Source: Branchiostoma belcheri (Eukaryota). From it: a stretch of DNA of 64,000 nucleotides. The notes below the pieces were generated by a model. It worked only from the letters and a program-made list of their open reading frames with translations, made no database searches and was not told the origin of the DNA. Below, piece after piece: positions 25,101 to 40,100 of the stretch (position 1 is its first letter; each line of letters begins with the position of its first letter). Location: contig NW_017802379.1 of NCBI RefSeq assembly GCF_001625305.1, forward strand, positions 4,393,479-4,457,478, written 5' to 3'. Made by a program: the position numbers and the translations under genes.

Positions 25101-28100
25101 TCCAGTGAGCCAATCATTTTCTTCTCCTGCACAACATCATATTATATGGCTACTCAACTTCGGAATCAATTATCATCATCAAAATCTGCAATGCTATCAT
25201 CACAGTCAACCTTACCTGAAGTAAGCTCTACCCAGGCTTCATCAATTTCTTTCTTAATAAGAAAATACTCCAGATATCAGAAACACTTACTGTAAATTGT
25301 GATACTTTCACAGTGTTCTTATTTTTGTGGTGACCTCGCTACCGCAAATTCCTTGTATTCCTTGTACTGTACTACAAGATTGTTTGAACTGTAAATCTGA
25401 AACTCTGTGAAAACCTCAATTTCTCTTCTTCAGCAAAATAAACCGCCGCAAAGGTTTCACAATTTACAGTATTCTTCTTCATACTATTGGTCATTCTTTC
25501 AAAAATCCCTCAGTACTTTAGAGATGTTCAAAAGTTTGATCATTTTGGCTAACATGGTTGCCATGACATGAATGATATTCTTGCTATAATACTGTATGGA
25601 TACGATGTTTTAAGGAGAATGTTTGGCAGATGTTTAAGGGTCCGTAATAAAGTGATTAGGAGGACTGTGTGTCCACTTAGCATAGCGTCCCTTCAGCCAC
25701 AAAACCAGGACATTCTGCAGCTGGGCCTGTATGGGACACAGTACAACAGAGATGGGGAGGGGGGGAGAGAGGACAGCCGTTGGAAAACACAGGGACCACC
25801 ACAAGCGTGTGCAGCAATGTGCAGTGTGTGAAGTACTTTGGGAAACCAAGCTGTACGCAGGACAACCTGAACTAAATTTGTAGGTTGTCCAACTTTTTCA
25901 TGAACTGGCTAGTCTCACAACTTGACTGTAATTGAGAAAGCCTGAGAAAAAGTTTACCGAATAAGGCATTCATGTTCGAAATACTAACTCAACGGACAGC
26001 AAAAATGTGAATTTTCAGGAAAAGTAAATCCATGGCTAGGACAACTGGGTTTCACCAAATACTTCACACAGTGGACATTTCAGATGTTAACATAACATTT
26101 ACATGTAAGTGATTTAGTCTGATAGAATTGGTGCATAACGAAAAAAAGATTGAAATATGGTATTGGTGTTTTCTTGATATTTTAGGTCATAGAAAAGAAC
26201 ACACTATTTAGGTATTGTCTACATTTTGAGGATTCTACTGACCTAAATACTGTCACAGATCTGAACTAAATAGAATTTAATGTTGTTTAGGCATGATTAT
26301 GTACATTAATCTCATTTGATGCAATGTTAAAGATTTTTATAAACATGCCTGTTTTGCTGAAGAATTTCACAAGTTTCACATGTATGTTTTGACAAAATAT
26401 CTGAATATTGGTAAAGAGCTTAATGGATATATTTAATCTTTTTCAGGCATGACATGTTCAATGTATTTCATGAAATGTGATTCTTTTTGTAAAGAAGCCT
26501 GATTTGCCAACTGAAGGGATTTTAAAAATCCAACAAGTAGTTGCATGTATGTTTTGACAAAATATGCCTGAGGATGGAAGTTTTGCAAACCAAATTTTAT
26601 GTATATTTTGCACATGTTAGCAAGGAATTGATTTAGTAGGCTGGGGTAGAAGGTGCAATGATGTAAGAAACCCAGGTTTAATTCCTGCTAGGAAGAATAT
26701 TAGTATGGAGGTATGGGTAGTGTACTATAGGACTGGTCAATTTTTTAAATTGGTTATTGAATTAAAAAACTTCCTTTGCTATTACCGGAATGTCATTGGC
26801 TCATACTTGTGTATGTGTGCTTGAAAGTGGGTATGCACACACATTTACATGAAAACAACAAAACACAGACTTAACAAGACTATTTCACATATTTTGGGGC
26901 ATAGATGGCACTTCTAGGGGACTAGACTTCCCAGTCTTTCTAGTAAAGATTTCAATGATTGTAAAAGTGAGGAATTATGCAGTATTTTACACTTCTGTAC
27001 ACAAGGAAGCCAAGACCCCATAAGTACCACCTGCAGTGCCAAGTGTGCATGATAAAACCTCACCATGTTCTGTAGCTTCTCCTGCAGGGCCTTGACCTCC
27101 TCCTGGTGTTTCTCCTGTGCTGAAGCAGCCTCCTGCGCTGCCTGCTCCTTGGCCTGTTTTGCCGTGTGTTCCAACTTCTCGTTATTCTGGTTGGCTTGGG
27201 ACAGGGCATCCCTCAGTTCTGTTATTTCTCTGATGGAAGAAATAAAACATTTGAGAGAAGAAACAAAGACGGAATACCGGTAGATCATTCTCTGTTAAAT
27301 GTTGAAAAAATCACAACAATGTGTCTAACACAATTAACAACTGTTAAGCCTGAGTGCACTTTGTTTTCCAAATTAGTACTACAGGCATCAGAATTACTAA
27401 ATTAAATGTATTTTACCATTTTAGTGGAAGCCATGATAAGCTGGCTATCTTTATTTGACAACCATATGTGGATAGTATTGAAGAAAAATGCTAGATATGT
27501 AAAGCTGATGTGGTCCACAAAATAGGTAGCAGCCTAATCAAATGTCATCTTTGTCTTGATGCCTGTCCTTAGTGCTGAAAAGCATTCAAGTCAATGGAAT
27601 AACATTTGCAGTCATGTTTGATAATTCTTATCCTACCAGGGAACTAGAAAGAATCTTGAAAGGAACTGTGTATATATTTTCTTTCAGAAGAACAGTAGTA
27701 TGAGATAAAATCATTTCTAATGCTAGAGAATGTTCCCTTTCCCGTTTCCACGACTCACTTATCCTTCTCCTTGAGTTGGTCGTTCAGCCTGCTCAGCTGT
27801 TGAGAGCTGTCACCAGAATTCTTCAGCATTTCCTCCTTCTCCCCCTCCTGGAAGAGAATGACAGTTACCTTCCTCTACTACTCATTACCATCTCTTACTG
27901 AAAAATTGCAATAAGCCACTTTACAGTTTGAACTGGGCATGCTTAGCGTGGTGCAATGTAGGCAATCTGTCAAAGTTGAAGTTCTGTGAGACAAAAGTAT
28001 CAAGCATGGTCTAGTCAAGAACTGTTTACAAGTAAGGCAAGATGAGCAAGTACATGCAAAATAAAACCAAATGACTCTAAAAAGATGTCAACACTTGCAT

Positions 28101-31100
28101 ACATCTAGACATTAGTAGTAGAGGTACCTAAATATAAACAGTGAGCATAGCGTTAGAAAGATTGTGTGCTGCTGGCTGAGCTAATGAAGCTGTGCACATC
28201 AGGTTAGTCCTTCAGTTGGAACTCATACCAGTTTGGCCTTGTCTGCAGTCAGCTGGGAAGTCTTCTCCTCTCCTGCCTTCACCTGACTCTGAAGCTCTGT
28301 GGAAACATACAAAAAGTACATCCAGTAAGTAGTTACAAACTACTGCTCTGTTTATTTCTATTATGGTGACCAGCCCCTCCAACTCTGTCTTGCAACTTGC
28401 TACATTATGTAACCCAATACCAAAGGGTGTCTGCTATAGCACCAGTTACCATGGTGACAGCCAAATATGAATGCCACAATGCATCTCCGAGACTGAGAAA
28501 ATCTGGTAATCACATCACTGTTTCACAGACATACAGACACATACATAATTCCCACAAAATATTCACACATGTAGCAATGTGAAAGGTTTGCAGAAGATGA
28601 TTCTGCTTCACTCACCAGCAATGGTGTTCTTCAGTTCCTGCATCTCCTTGTTCATGTTATCACTTGCCTCTTGTTTGCTTGCAAGTTTGGCATTCAGTTC
28701 TGTGAACAAAAAAATTAAATATTGTAACTGTGACAACTGTCTACATAAGGCAAGGAATACCAAGCCCAATATCATGTGAACTTGCCAAGTACAAAAGACA
28801 CTCTTATTCCTTACCTTCGATGACCTGATCTTGTTTCTGCCTCTTGTTGTTACCATCTTCAAGTTCTTCTTTCTGTTATCATGGAAACAAGAGAAGAGTT
28901 GAAGTAAGCTGTGTTGTATTTTATTTCTGCCATACCAACCTGAGAAAACTCACGTTTCAATGCAAAATGTGCTAAAATTTGGTCTCCCCGAACCAAAATT
29001 GTGACAAAATCAATTCCGTTGTTCAAATCCAGTTATTCAAATTTCTTAAAGCGGCACACAGCAAATTATTCTATTGAACTTTTGGAATCCCATGTGATAA
29101 TTTTTAAGACCCAGTGTAATAACCCAGATTATCACATGGGCTGGAACACCCACATCTGAACATTATCACGACCCAGGTATGACATAAACTAATTTAATCT
29201 TCTTCCTAATACCACCATTTCTTACCATCTCAGCCAGTGACTTCTCCAGTGCCGTCTTCTCCTGTGTGATGTTGTTGATTTTCCCCTCCAGTCTGGTGAT
29301 CTTGTCATCTCTCTCCTGGAGCTCGATGGCTGCCACGCTGGCCTGGGCCCCGCCCTCCACACTCTCACTCTCTAAGGCCTTGATCTTGTTTTCGGCCGCA
29401 TCCAGCTTCTGTGTGAGCTCCTCGATCTGCTCGAAGTACTCCTTACTCTCCTTCTCCAGGTCCGAGATCTTGGCCTTCTCCGACACACTGGCGGCCTGGA
29501 GTGTAGTCAGATAGCTTGTTTGTTAAATTTTCATATTGAATCAGATGTTTACCCATAGGATAAGGCCATATCAATTAAAATTCTTGGTTCTAGGATTCAC
29601 TCACTTAATTTTTTTCTGACTGGAAAAAAAGTACATGTACCTCAAAATGCTCAATATTTTGGCACCAACAGTTGAAGAAAGTCCTTGTCATTCTAGTTTT
29701 TCCATTTATCAATGCAGTGATTTGATTAGTAAAAGTCCAAAATTGTTTCATTTTTGATAAACCAGTGTGGTATGCTAAAGTTGTGGCTTCTATGGTGGCA
29801 TTTGAGGCTATCACAGGATGCTTAAGAATTTACCTGCCAGCTTCATTTATTTCATGTAAAGCTCCAAGAACCTAAGAACCAACAAATCAAATTGGTATGG
29901 CCTAACAAAGAATACACCATAGTTTGATCACTAACAGTTAAAAAAAATAGGTTGGTTTGATGATTCTGCACTACAGCTACAAGCCTCTAGCACATTTGGC
30001 TACATATTCCCCAGAGGAAACTAAGCAATTTTACAGTAGCACAAATATCCCATATAGCCCAACACTAAACCATAAATCCAAAATTCCATTTGAATTCCAG
30101 CAATCCTTTCCAAGCCATCACCATAATTCCTGAATTCCCAGCCAAACAGGTGTTTTTTATTTTACCTTCTCCTTTTGGAGCTGATCTTTCATAACCTTAA
30201 CAAAAGAGAAAGTGACAAGGAAAAAACATAATATTTGGTTTCAATACAACAAAGAGTACAAATATTAAACAAATTTTTAATCTTTCTCATATTTATCAAT
30301 TTTTACACTTGAACTATAGCTGCTAGGTAAACAATAGATTTCAGGGAGTTCATTGTACAAAAATAATTTTTTTGAGAAAGCTGAAATTTTGCACCAGTGT
30401 AATGTGAAACAGCAATCATGCCTGTGGCAAGCTGGCATGTAAAGAATCTCAGCATTTTTGTAGTAATTTCATGCCAGGCCTTAACTGCTGAGTTATCCAA
30501 AACCCACACAAATTCCACAGCCTCTCGCAAAACCATTTTTGTGTGAAAGCAGACAAACAGCTGAGCTAACAAATGAATGAAAACGTGACACTTGTTGCAC
30601 AACCAACCCCTAAAAATGCTGAAGTCTACATTTTGATACAACATATTACATGACTTTACACAAGTTTAACTATGACAGTTGCTACATGTATTAGATGACA
30701 AAACTGGTAGCTGGAGTGAAATACATTCTGCAAAAAATAAATGAAAAGTGAATGGAAAATAATAAAGAAAATATGACCTTCCTGTGGTTTGCTGTGAAGA
30801 TCAAAAATGTGCATAAATCATAAAAAACATACAATATAAAATAATAATATGAAAAACGAACTAAAAGGGCTACTATACACAGAAGATTAAGATCTGGAAG
30901 AAAGTTCTTCCCAGTTTCATAAGATTTTAGTACACAATGCTTTTCACTCTCTTCCTGTTGTGCCAATACTTGCACAATCAAATGTACACTTGCAGGGACA
31001 GACAGTTCAGTATTTCTCTTCTGGATATAGTAGTCTTTCTACAACAATGACAAAACAACATAATAAAACAAGGTGTGGAAATGTGGCAAACCAAACCAAA

Positions 31101-34100
31101 ATGAGAAAAAAAGTTGCGAATCAGTGCAGCAGTCAGTGTAAACCAAAGCAGCGGGCTAGTCTACAGCGAGATGAAAAAAGGGGGGAAAGCATGGAAGACT
31201 GAGTTAAGATCCCATTACCCGCGTATCCTCAAGCTCTTCCTGCAGTTTCTCGGCCCTGCGCCTCTCCTGGACCAGGGCGGCTTCTACTAGTTTCAAGCGT
31301 TCATGCTCCTCCCGGCTCTGTGTCTGTTAGTGAAGGCGGCCATGTGGTAGGCAAACACATGACAACAGGCATATCATGCAGGGTTTAGGTACGGGGGTGG
31401 TGGGGAGGGGGGCAGGTTAGTGTGAGAACTGGCCACAGAGCAGGTTTTTTTTCCCTTTATCTCACATCACACATTTAATTTCTGAAAATATTCTCTCAGA
31501 AAAAAATCTATCACAATAACAGTTTACCAACTCAAAATATCTTCAGGAATATAAAAAACTCATGGTTTTACATATCAGATACCAAAAAGAGTCAATTATT
31601 GTATGGACACCTGATTGAATCTATGCAAAAGCTCATATTTGACAAAACAGTTTCTCAGTATGATATAAATTTAACTGGCAAAGATGTTAATAGTTTATAG
31701 TGCATTACAAGTTTATACTATCACAACTGTTAAGATGCTTCTTTTTCTCAGCACCAATTGCCTTTTAGCCCAACTACTAGTTACCATAGACAATTTGACT
31801 GACAGCACCCCCCTCCCAACACATAAACGTAACACCCAGGAATTCTAACAGCATAACTGGGACAACCCCCTACAGACAGGAAAAATCCACAAATCAAAAA
31901 CCACTTTCTTAACCCCCCACTAGCCGTAACTACTATACACATTATACCTGTAGGCAGGGAAGGCCTATATCCCGCCTACATAGTGCTCTTGGGGACAGCA
32001 TTCACCCCTCTCCAAGTTGAAAGCCTGGGCCTCTATGGCATCCCTACGCTACCCTGTCTCTAGCCCTCTGTCTCTCACAGCCACTGACCTCTCACTACAG
32101 GCACAGGGGGCCTTTGTTTGCATGGGCAATCTTATATGGCATTGACACTAAGGGCAGCTACATGTAGGGACAGAAGATACCCCTCACAGTCATCTGCCTG
32201 TAATGCCCAGTAACAGATGCTTAGCTTGTCACGTTACATATTTTATTAGTCTAATTCAGGATATCAAAGCTTCAAAACTAATTAGGTAAGAAAAAAAAGG
32301 TAAAATTCATTTTACAGACATAGAAGCTCTGCTAGGTAGTGACGAGTAGTGAGGAATAATTTTAGACGCACGTCGTATTATATCATCGCATGCTTACATG
32401 ATGATTTCAACAGCTGGGTGGGTGCCAGACTTGGCGGCTTGCAGTGAGGGGCTAACCGTGACATTAGGGCATGGGGTGTTGGATCAACTGGGATTCTCAA
32501 TCAGTTCTATCTGAAATGACAGATGTCTGTCTTCGGTATGACAATGTAAAGTCTCCATAGTACAATGTAGAATTTTATGGACATTGGTAACATTTTGCTT
32601 AGTTGCCTCAATTTCTATTCGCCTTTATACATGTATATATATCCATTAGGCTACAACAATTTTATTTCTTGGTTAACGGATTTTTCTACAAAAATAATGG
32701 AGCGGGCGGGCGAAAAAAAATTAAAAAATAAAAACAGGCCTAGGCATCCTATTATGGCCCAAAATGGTACGATAGGAGCCACGAAGTCAACACACCAGCT
32801 AGGCTGGTTCAAAATTTAAACAATGAATTTTGAACTTTTAATGATACCATTGCATTGAAAGATGAAATAACTGCAACAACTAGGAAAAAAAGGACTGTTT
32901 TCAACTGTTCAGGGCAAAATATGATCATTTTGCAGTTGATTCTGAATTTTTATTTTTATTTGCAAATCAGAAAAAAATGAAGCGGGCGAATCCGTTAACC
33001 AAGAAATTAAATTGGTGTGGCCTTACCACTGACTTAAAGTCTTTGGCTACTGGTATTAACGGCTACTGCTGGAGAATACCCATGTAATTGACATTACATG
33101 GCTTGTATAAACTGACATATATAATACAATTTGCACACCAAACCCAAAGGTTTTCTGAAGAACAAAGTCCAGGATGTGTAGATGTCATTCTTGTTAGGGA
33201 GGCCACACCAAATTAATTTGTTGGTTCTCAGATTTTCAAAATACGCTCGAACTGAGAATCAAGTTTAGTGAACATAGTGTTATGAAATGAAAACAGCCAT
33301 ATTCTTTTTGTCTCCCTGCCTTCTAAGTATGAGTTTCCTATATTTTTTCCTTGACATATTCAAGAACCAAGGAAGTAAATTTGTGTGGCCCAATGATTAG
33401 CATATGGTTTGCCATGTACATGTAAAGGAGGTTCTGAGAAACCCCTGATAGAGGAGCCTGTCATCAACATCTCCAGTCTATATCTGGACACCTTGGCACT
33501 ACACCAGCAGTGAGATCATCCCAGCTAAATAACTGTCCTATGAGAGGCAGTGCTAATATTGTACACAACATCGGTGTGATGCAACGCTGTCTTTGCTGAT
33601 TGATTCTAGTAAACATTATGGCCTTCAATTAAAAATTTGAAGGTGAAAGGAGCTCATTTAGATATTGGTACGTGGTGTTAACATTTTATTTTCTACAAGT
33701 GGATTTTTAAAACAAATTTTAAAACATATTGTATCATACATTCTGAATTGACAGCTATAGCATAATCAATTTCACAAAAATTGTTAAGCAAGAACTTCAG
33801 TCAACAAGAATTTAGGTTGAATAGCCCCCAAAGTATTCCTCTTTTGGTATTTCTGGTCAAAGGTTAGAGGTACACATTGATGGTGAAAGGAGACCTTTTA
33901 ACTGGTATTGCTGGTTTTTACATTTTATTTCCTAAACTCTTGAGGTAAATTTAAAAAATCTATGTGTTCAAAAATAACATCTCCAGTTTAATTCAGTTTA
34001 CCCCAAAAATTGTTAAGCCTAATTCAAGTTGAAGAGGATGAAAAAATGTTCCTGTTTGGTATTTCTGGTCAAAGGTTAGATCTCTCCCCAGCCCTATTCC

Positions 34101-37100
34101 TGCTCTGTGGCCTGACTCAGCCACAAACATGTGACATGTTCCCTGTACAGCTCACCATGTTACACAGGGGAACACCATGGGACATTACAACCTGCAGAGC
34201 TCAAATCTCAGTTTACTTGAAAATTGAAGTACCGGTAACATGCTCCTGTATATCATTAAAAGTCTTTTGCATGACAGTTACTGCAGTGATATATAGCATC
34301 ACTTCACATCATTTTGCTGCTAAAAATGTTTTGAAGTCAAATTTAAGAGTTTGTACACTGTCTTGATTTGAGCTCTGTTATAGAAGTGATTACACCACGC
34401 ATATAGAGTGAAAACACCACAATGTTTTGAACACCGTCACCGTTAACTCCAGGGTTATATTGTGCATATAACATATGGGAAGTGTGAATGAGAACATGGT
34501 TGCAATACCGATATATATATTATACACCAGACTTTGTTTTGAGTGTTTTCATATGTGCATGGACATTAGAAAGTTGCAACATCACAAACAAGTCATATAA
34601 CAGTATACAGGATGTTTCAGTGATTCACATGTCAAGGTCACTTAATTTACATATGATACAAGTCCATGTGAAAAATTCAACCACATAATAATGGGTATAG
34701 AATGAGATATGACAATGTGACTAGAATACCTTTATGACACAGTTGGGGGTCAATTCTTATTTCTAAAAATGAGAGAGACTTTTACCTCCAGGTCTCCTGA
34801 TGAGATGGTCTGTTCTTCAATTCTGAACGTCAAGTCTTCAACTTTCCTAAAAAGAGGTTAACAGGTTGCATTGTCAATTGGATTAAAGAAATAAAAAATT
34901 TCACACAAACCCAAAGCTCAGACACCCAAAACAATACTTCCATACCAATATTAAGTACCTTACTAGTCATTTGCTGCAAAAGGTCAATTGTGCAAGCTAT
35001 GAGCATCTTCCCTATACCATTCTAATTTGAAAAAAAAAAAATCATTGTGTTTTGAATTAATCAGCCTACACACCAACCAAACTATAAACAGCCTGAAAGG
35101 CTCAAGAAACAAGACATCTGTACCTTCTTTCTTCTTCAAGTTGATTGACAAGTTCCATCTTCTCCTTGTCCGCACCTTCCACCATTGCACGCAGTTTCTC
35201 CACGTTGATTTCACTCTCGCGGACATACTGCAAACGAGGCAAAAATGACTGACTCACCACAAAATTACAGGTCAGGTCATGCTCCAAACATTATTCTACA
35301 GTCAGTACACTGATCAAATTAGTTTGCCCTAAGGTGTATAATAAACAGTCCACTGTATTATATCTAAGGTCCCCTCTGAAATCTACTTAGGGACTGTGAC
35401 ATATATGAATATTTCATGCCATGAGGAAGTATTCTCACCTTTTCGTGGTCTGCTCGTAGGCTATCCAGCTGTGTCTGAGACTGCAATTCATTAACAGGTA
35501 GTGTTATAAAAAATACAATGATCAAGATGTAATGAAAAACAAAGCTAAAAATCACCCTGTCACACTTCACTGATGAATACATCTTTTGTAACAAATTTTT
35601 CATCTGTAATTTCACCAAGCATACCAAGAGATTTTTGGGCACAAACTAGTAAAATTGATAAAATGTGTAAGGAAAATGTTAAATTAGTTTCTTTCACAAA
35701 AAGTTTTATTACTGCTGTGTCGCACCTCCAGAACGGCAGAGGCTGACCGTGCGACCTCCGCACGTTCCATGTCACGTTCTGCCAAGAGCTGCTCCACATG
35801 TTGTTGCTTCTCCTTCAGCGCCTCCTGTTGGTTTCAATGAGTAGTGCAGGTACAATTACAAGAGGCACAGATTAAGAGGAAAGAACAAAACTTCCTATCA
35901 AATCTACCCACTTCAAGGATGACCAACTTTATCAGTTTATACATGTATCACAAAAGGCAATGTCACAGTTGACTATACTTTTGTATCCCAACTATAATTT
36001 ATTATTATAAACCCCAGGTGAGTCCAACTTCTATTCAGGTCTTGTAGCTCTTTGAAATGTGGTGTCTAATGTTAAATGGCAGTCACAATGGCAGGAAGTG
36101 ATTTCTTCAATTATAGATGGAATGATGACTGTTAAATGACAAATGCAAGCTTAGTAAACATACAATTAGCAAAAATGAGCGGTCTTATATACAAATGATA
36201 CTGGCATGGGCTTAGTCAAAATTATCTTAAAACAAATTTGCCAAAAAAATGAGCTTGTCAAAATGAAAAAGAAAAAGTCAGCCATGGATGTTGATGCGCT
36301 GTAAAAGGACTGGAACACAAATCTGACATTAGTAGTAAAGATGGAGATGACAGAATAAAGTTGAGGAGGAGTAGGAGGAGCAATTTCTCAATGGCCACAA
36401 GGGGTGGCAAGTAACTGTCACAAAAATATTAATTTGGGAATTTCCAAAACTTTGCAAACATCTTTGAGCTATGTCGAAGTAAATATGGTAAGACTCTTTA
36501 CTTAGGAAAGTAGTCTAACTGAGAAAAGTTATTGAAAGGAGAAAAGTGAACTTTGGCGGGGTCTAATTCTCGGGCAGAGGTCTTGATAAAACGGAGCAAA
36601 CTACTGAGGGGTGAAGACATTGCCACCAGAGTACTTGATGCAGCAAGGGGTGGTAATTGTGAAGGAAGAAACACCCTAACAAACTAATACAGCCTGTCCA
36701 AAAACCTTAATCTCAAATGGCATGGAAAAGACATGCATAAGTACCATCTTCTACATGTAGAATATAAAGTACCTTCATACCAAACATGCAAATGTCCATG
36801 CAAGATAGTATAAAATGTAACACAATATGGGAAAGACAACTCACAGCACAACTACATGTACATGTATAGTGTTAATTACCGGTAAATGTGCAGAAAGGAA
36901 ATATCTAAAGTGACACCACACCACACACCTCGTGAAAGTGATCAAAATGGGACACCAAGAGTGCATTGACTACTTTCCTAAGTTAGGAAATGATCACAAG
37001 AATCATAATTTTCTACCAATTCTTGTATCCTGAGAGAGTGCTTTGTTTGTGCCAAAAATTATAAGGTTGTCAAAGTACATCAAAACATAATATTGGGAAT

Positions 37101-40100
37101 CTTCTGTAGAATATGTTGAATTTATGCATTTAAGGTTCACTGTTGAGCATCTCTCTCAGAACACAAACTACAAATTTCACCGCAAATGTAAAGGTTTTCC
37201 ACACTTCTGTTTTTGAGACAGTGTCTGTGATAAAAGACAAGGAGAGAGAAAGGGAAGCCAACATTCCTTGATGTTTTTGATGACAACCATCCTGGCATCT
37301 TCAAGGTCCTGCAGTTTCTTTTCCTTCTCCTGCAGTAGTTCCTTAAAAGAGAGTAGATTTCCGGGGGTGAGAAGAAAGGAACTTTGGAGAAGGGGTACAA
37401 AGCAGAAGGTAGAGCCAAGCAGCACTTCAGAGGACATGTAAGTGGGAATTGTTTACATGTACTATGGCTGCAAGCAGGTAGAATAGCAATATGCACACTG
37501 CAAGCTTCACATCCCACTAATCTACATGTACAGGTATAACAGCCAAGCAGTTTTACCAGACAACTGTACCTGTAACTGTACTACTCAACCAGTATAAGTC
37601 AAACATTTTGCTCTGTTGTCCTAAGATAACACACCCCTTTGCAGGCACAAGGGAAGGCCAGTTTGAATATATTTTTGTGTACTACAGTTCGTCATACATA
37701 CATGTTTACCCTATTTGTCTGACAGATTGCTGATGTTACTCAAGCAAACTTTTTTTAAAAATCCTGGAGACCTGTCAGCTAGACTATAATTGATAATTCT
37801 TTTGACACTGCTTTTATACAACTTGAGTCGTGCATGGTTAAAGGCTTTCTCTCATTACTTGGAGAGAAGCTTGTGCAACAGACAGTACCTGCATGGCGTG
37901 TGTAGAGCTTCCTGTGGATGCCCGCGTCTTCCTGGCAGCAGCACGCAGTTCCTGAGCAAAATATGACAAAAATGATGAGATGTATAACAAAAATGATGAA
38001 GTTTACAATGATTTCAAGACCAGATAAGTGTATACATTGGACAAGATATCACCTAGGCATCTCTACTTCAAAATCACAAATGTGAACCCAGAATCAGTTA
38101 TTGTTGCCCTGAAGAAGGCAACAGACTACCATCAAAACATTGGATGTGAAAACCCACTGAACACACTCTCTTGACAACTTGATGAAATTATTCACAGACG
38201 CACTGTAGTTGTACTTACAGAGTGCCTTCCATAGCCTGATGCTGAGCTGATGTTGGAACTAATGGAGCTGATGGAGCTGCTGCTGCCACTGCGAGACCTG
38301 GCGCCTGGAGTACCGAGGGGAAGGGGTGGGGGCGCTTCTGACTGGGCTTTCCTGGCTGCTATTCTGGCAGCTGTTGCAGAGCCTACAATATACGCAAATT
38401 TCAATGTTTTACTCTTGGTGGTCATTTTAGGTGGTGAATGATATCACTATACTGGATAATAGAAAAATGCATCCATATTTATATCATAGCACACTTTTGT
38501 TTCAAATCCCACCTGGTACTGAGGCTTGTTTGGGTGTTGCCTTAGGCACAGGTTCCCCCTCCCCGAGAGGCTGGACCTTGTGCACCGGAGCAAACAGGCC
38601 GAACTTGGGCTTACAGGTGAAATATCTGTCATGGAACACAGGACGAAAAAATGTTATCAACTGCAATCAAAATTCAGAGGGAAACTTTTCACTTTTTCTT
38701 ATTTTCTCTTGATGTAGACATGCATGTACAATGTATTTGTAAGTTATAGAAAGATGTAATTATGAACGTACCTTACTACAGTTTCGTATATATGCACATC
38801 ATAAAGATTAAAGTCTCTTCTTTTGGGTAGTAACTACTAAGACAGATGCCTTTGGCATTCATTTTATTGGATGCAAATAATGAAAATTCATTGTTCCCTC
38901 TTGGCTTGAAACCATATGGAGACTTGGCACTTCAGCAGCAATAGTGTGGGAGTCATAATTCAACTTAAGTAGCATTACTAAAAGGTGACATTGAAACAGA
39001 GGGAAGGAAATGACTTTCATTCTCTTATCTCTTGTACTTAACTTTGATCATGACGTTTCAGAGATGCGGTAGCAGTTACATTCCTATCTACGTAACCCCT
39101 AAACTTGTACTGGAGTGGCCCATAAGTGGCCAATGAGTAGAAAAAAAACCCTCACCTCTTCCCTGCCACAGATCCGTCGTTCTTGCCCTGTTCCTCCTCC
39201 AGCTCCACCCCGACCCACTCCCCCTTGGCGAAGTCTGTCGTCCCCAGATACCTCACCAGACCTGCCTTCGTCCCACTGACCAGGACTCGGTCACCCAGAC
39301 TGAACAGTTCCTCCGCTTTCTTCCCGATGTCTACCAGACTAGTCATGGACACGCTGGGAGTTAGAGTCCCCATGCTGGATCCCGCTAACCGCTGTTTCAG
39401 ACTGGAAGATTTCGTTGACGTTGAAAGTCGACTGCTGGGTCTTTCTGTCGATTTTGACCCGTTAACTGCGTCGCCGGCTCCTCTCGAGGCAGAGCTTGAC
39501 GCCCGTGACCTTGCAGCGGCCGCGGACGGCACGCCTGCGGCAGCTCCTGGCGCTGCAGGCTCTCTGGTAAGTTTCGCAGCCCGTGAGAACACGCCGTGCT
39601 GCGGCGTACACTGGAAGTACCGCACGCCGGCCACGGAGCCATCGTTCTTTCCCACAGGTTCGTCCAACACGATTCCGACCCACTCACCTGGCGCGAATTG
39701 CGTTTCACCGATGAACTGGATATAACCGGCCTTGGTGCCGGCAACATACGCACGATCACCAATTTTCCACCCATCTGAAGATATAACAGAAGAGGCCGCA
39801 GCCTTAGTGGTGGCGGAGGCATACAAGCCTGTAAAGTGTTGTATGCCTGTAAGGTGAGTGTGGAGAGGAGAGAAGTTGAGGGTGTAAGTACGTCATGCAA
39901 AGAAAATAGTCCCAAGACAATGTGCAATTCTTGATGATTACATGCTTGTTTACATACTGTGATCATGCATCAACAACATGTACATTTACCGTAACCTTTA
40001 GCCCACAGATGTTGCCATTAATGCCTACCAAATCTCTATGGATTAGACAGTTAGGTGAAGGTTAAAATTAAACTAAATCATTTACCTTAACATCAAACAT

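Noticed and set aside
25205-25245. Possible 37-nt mini-exon ([12 protein letters not shown]) with AG/GT flanks between CLIP exons 19 and 18
   Set aside because: Its length would shift the frame between two exons that are both phase 0. It could only be a poison/alternative exon, and no support is visible.
39183-39966. Overlapping alternative-frame ORFs (39183-39725 +, 39397-39966 -, 39462-39683 -) in the CAP-Gly exon
   Set aside because: The GC-rich coding exon leaves other frames open. Only the frame with the two GKNDG CAP-Gly domains has recognisable protein content.
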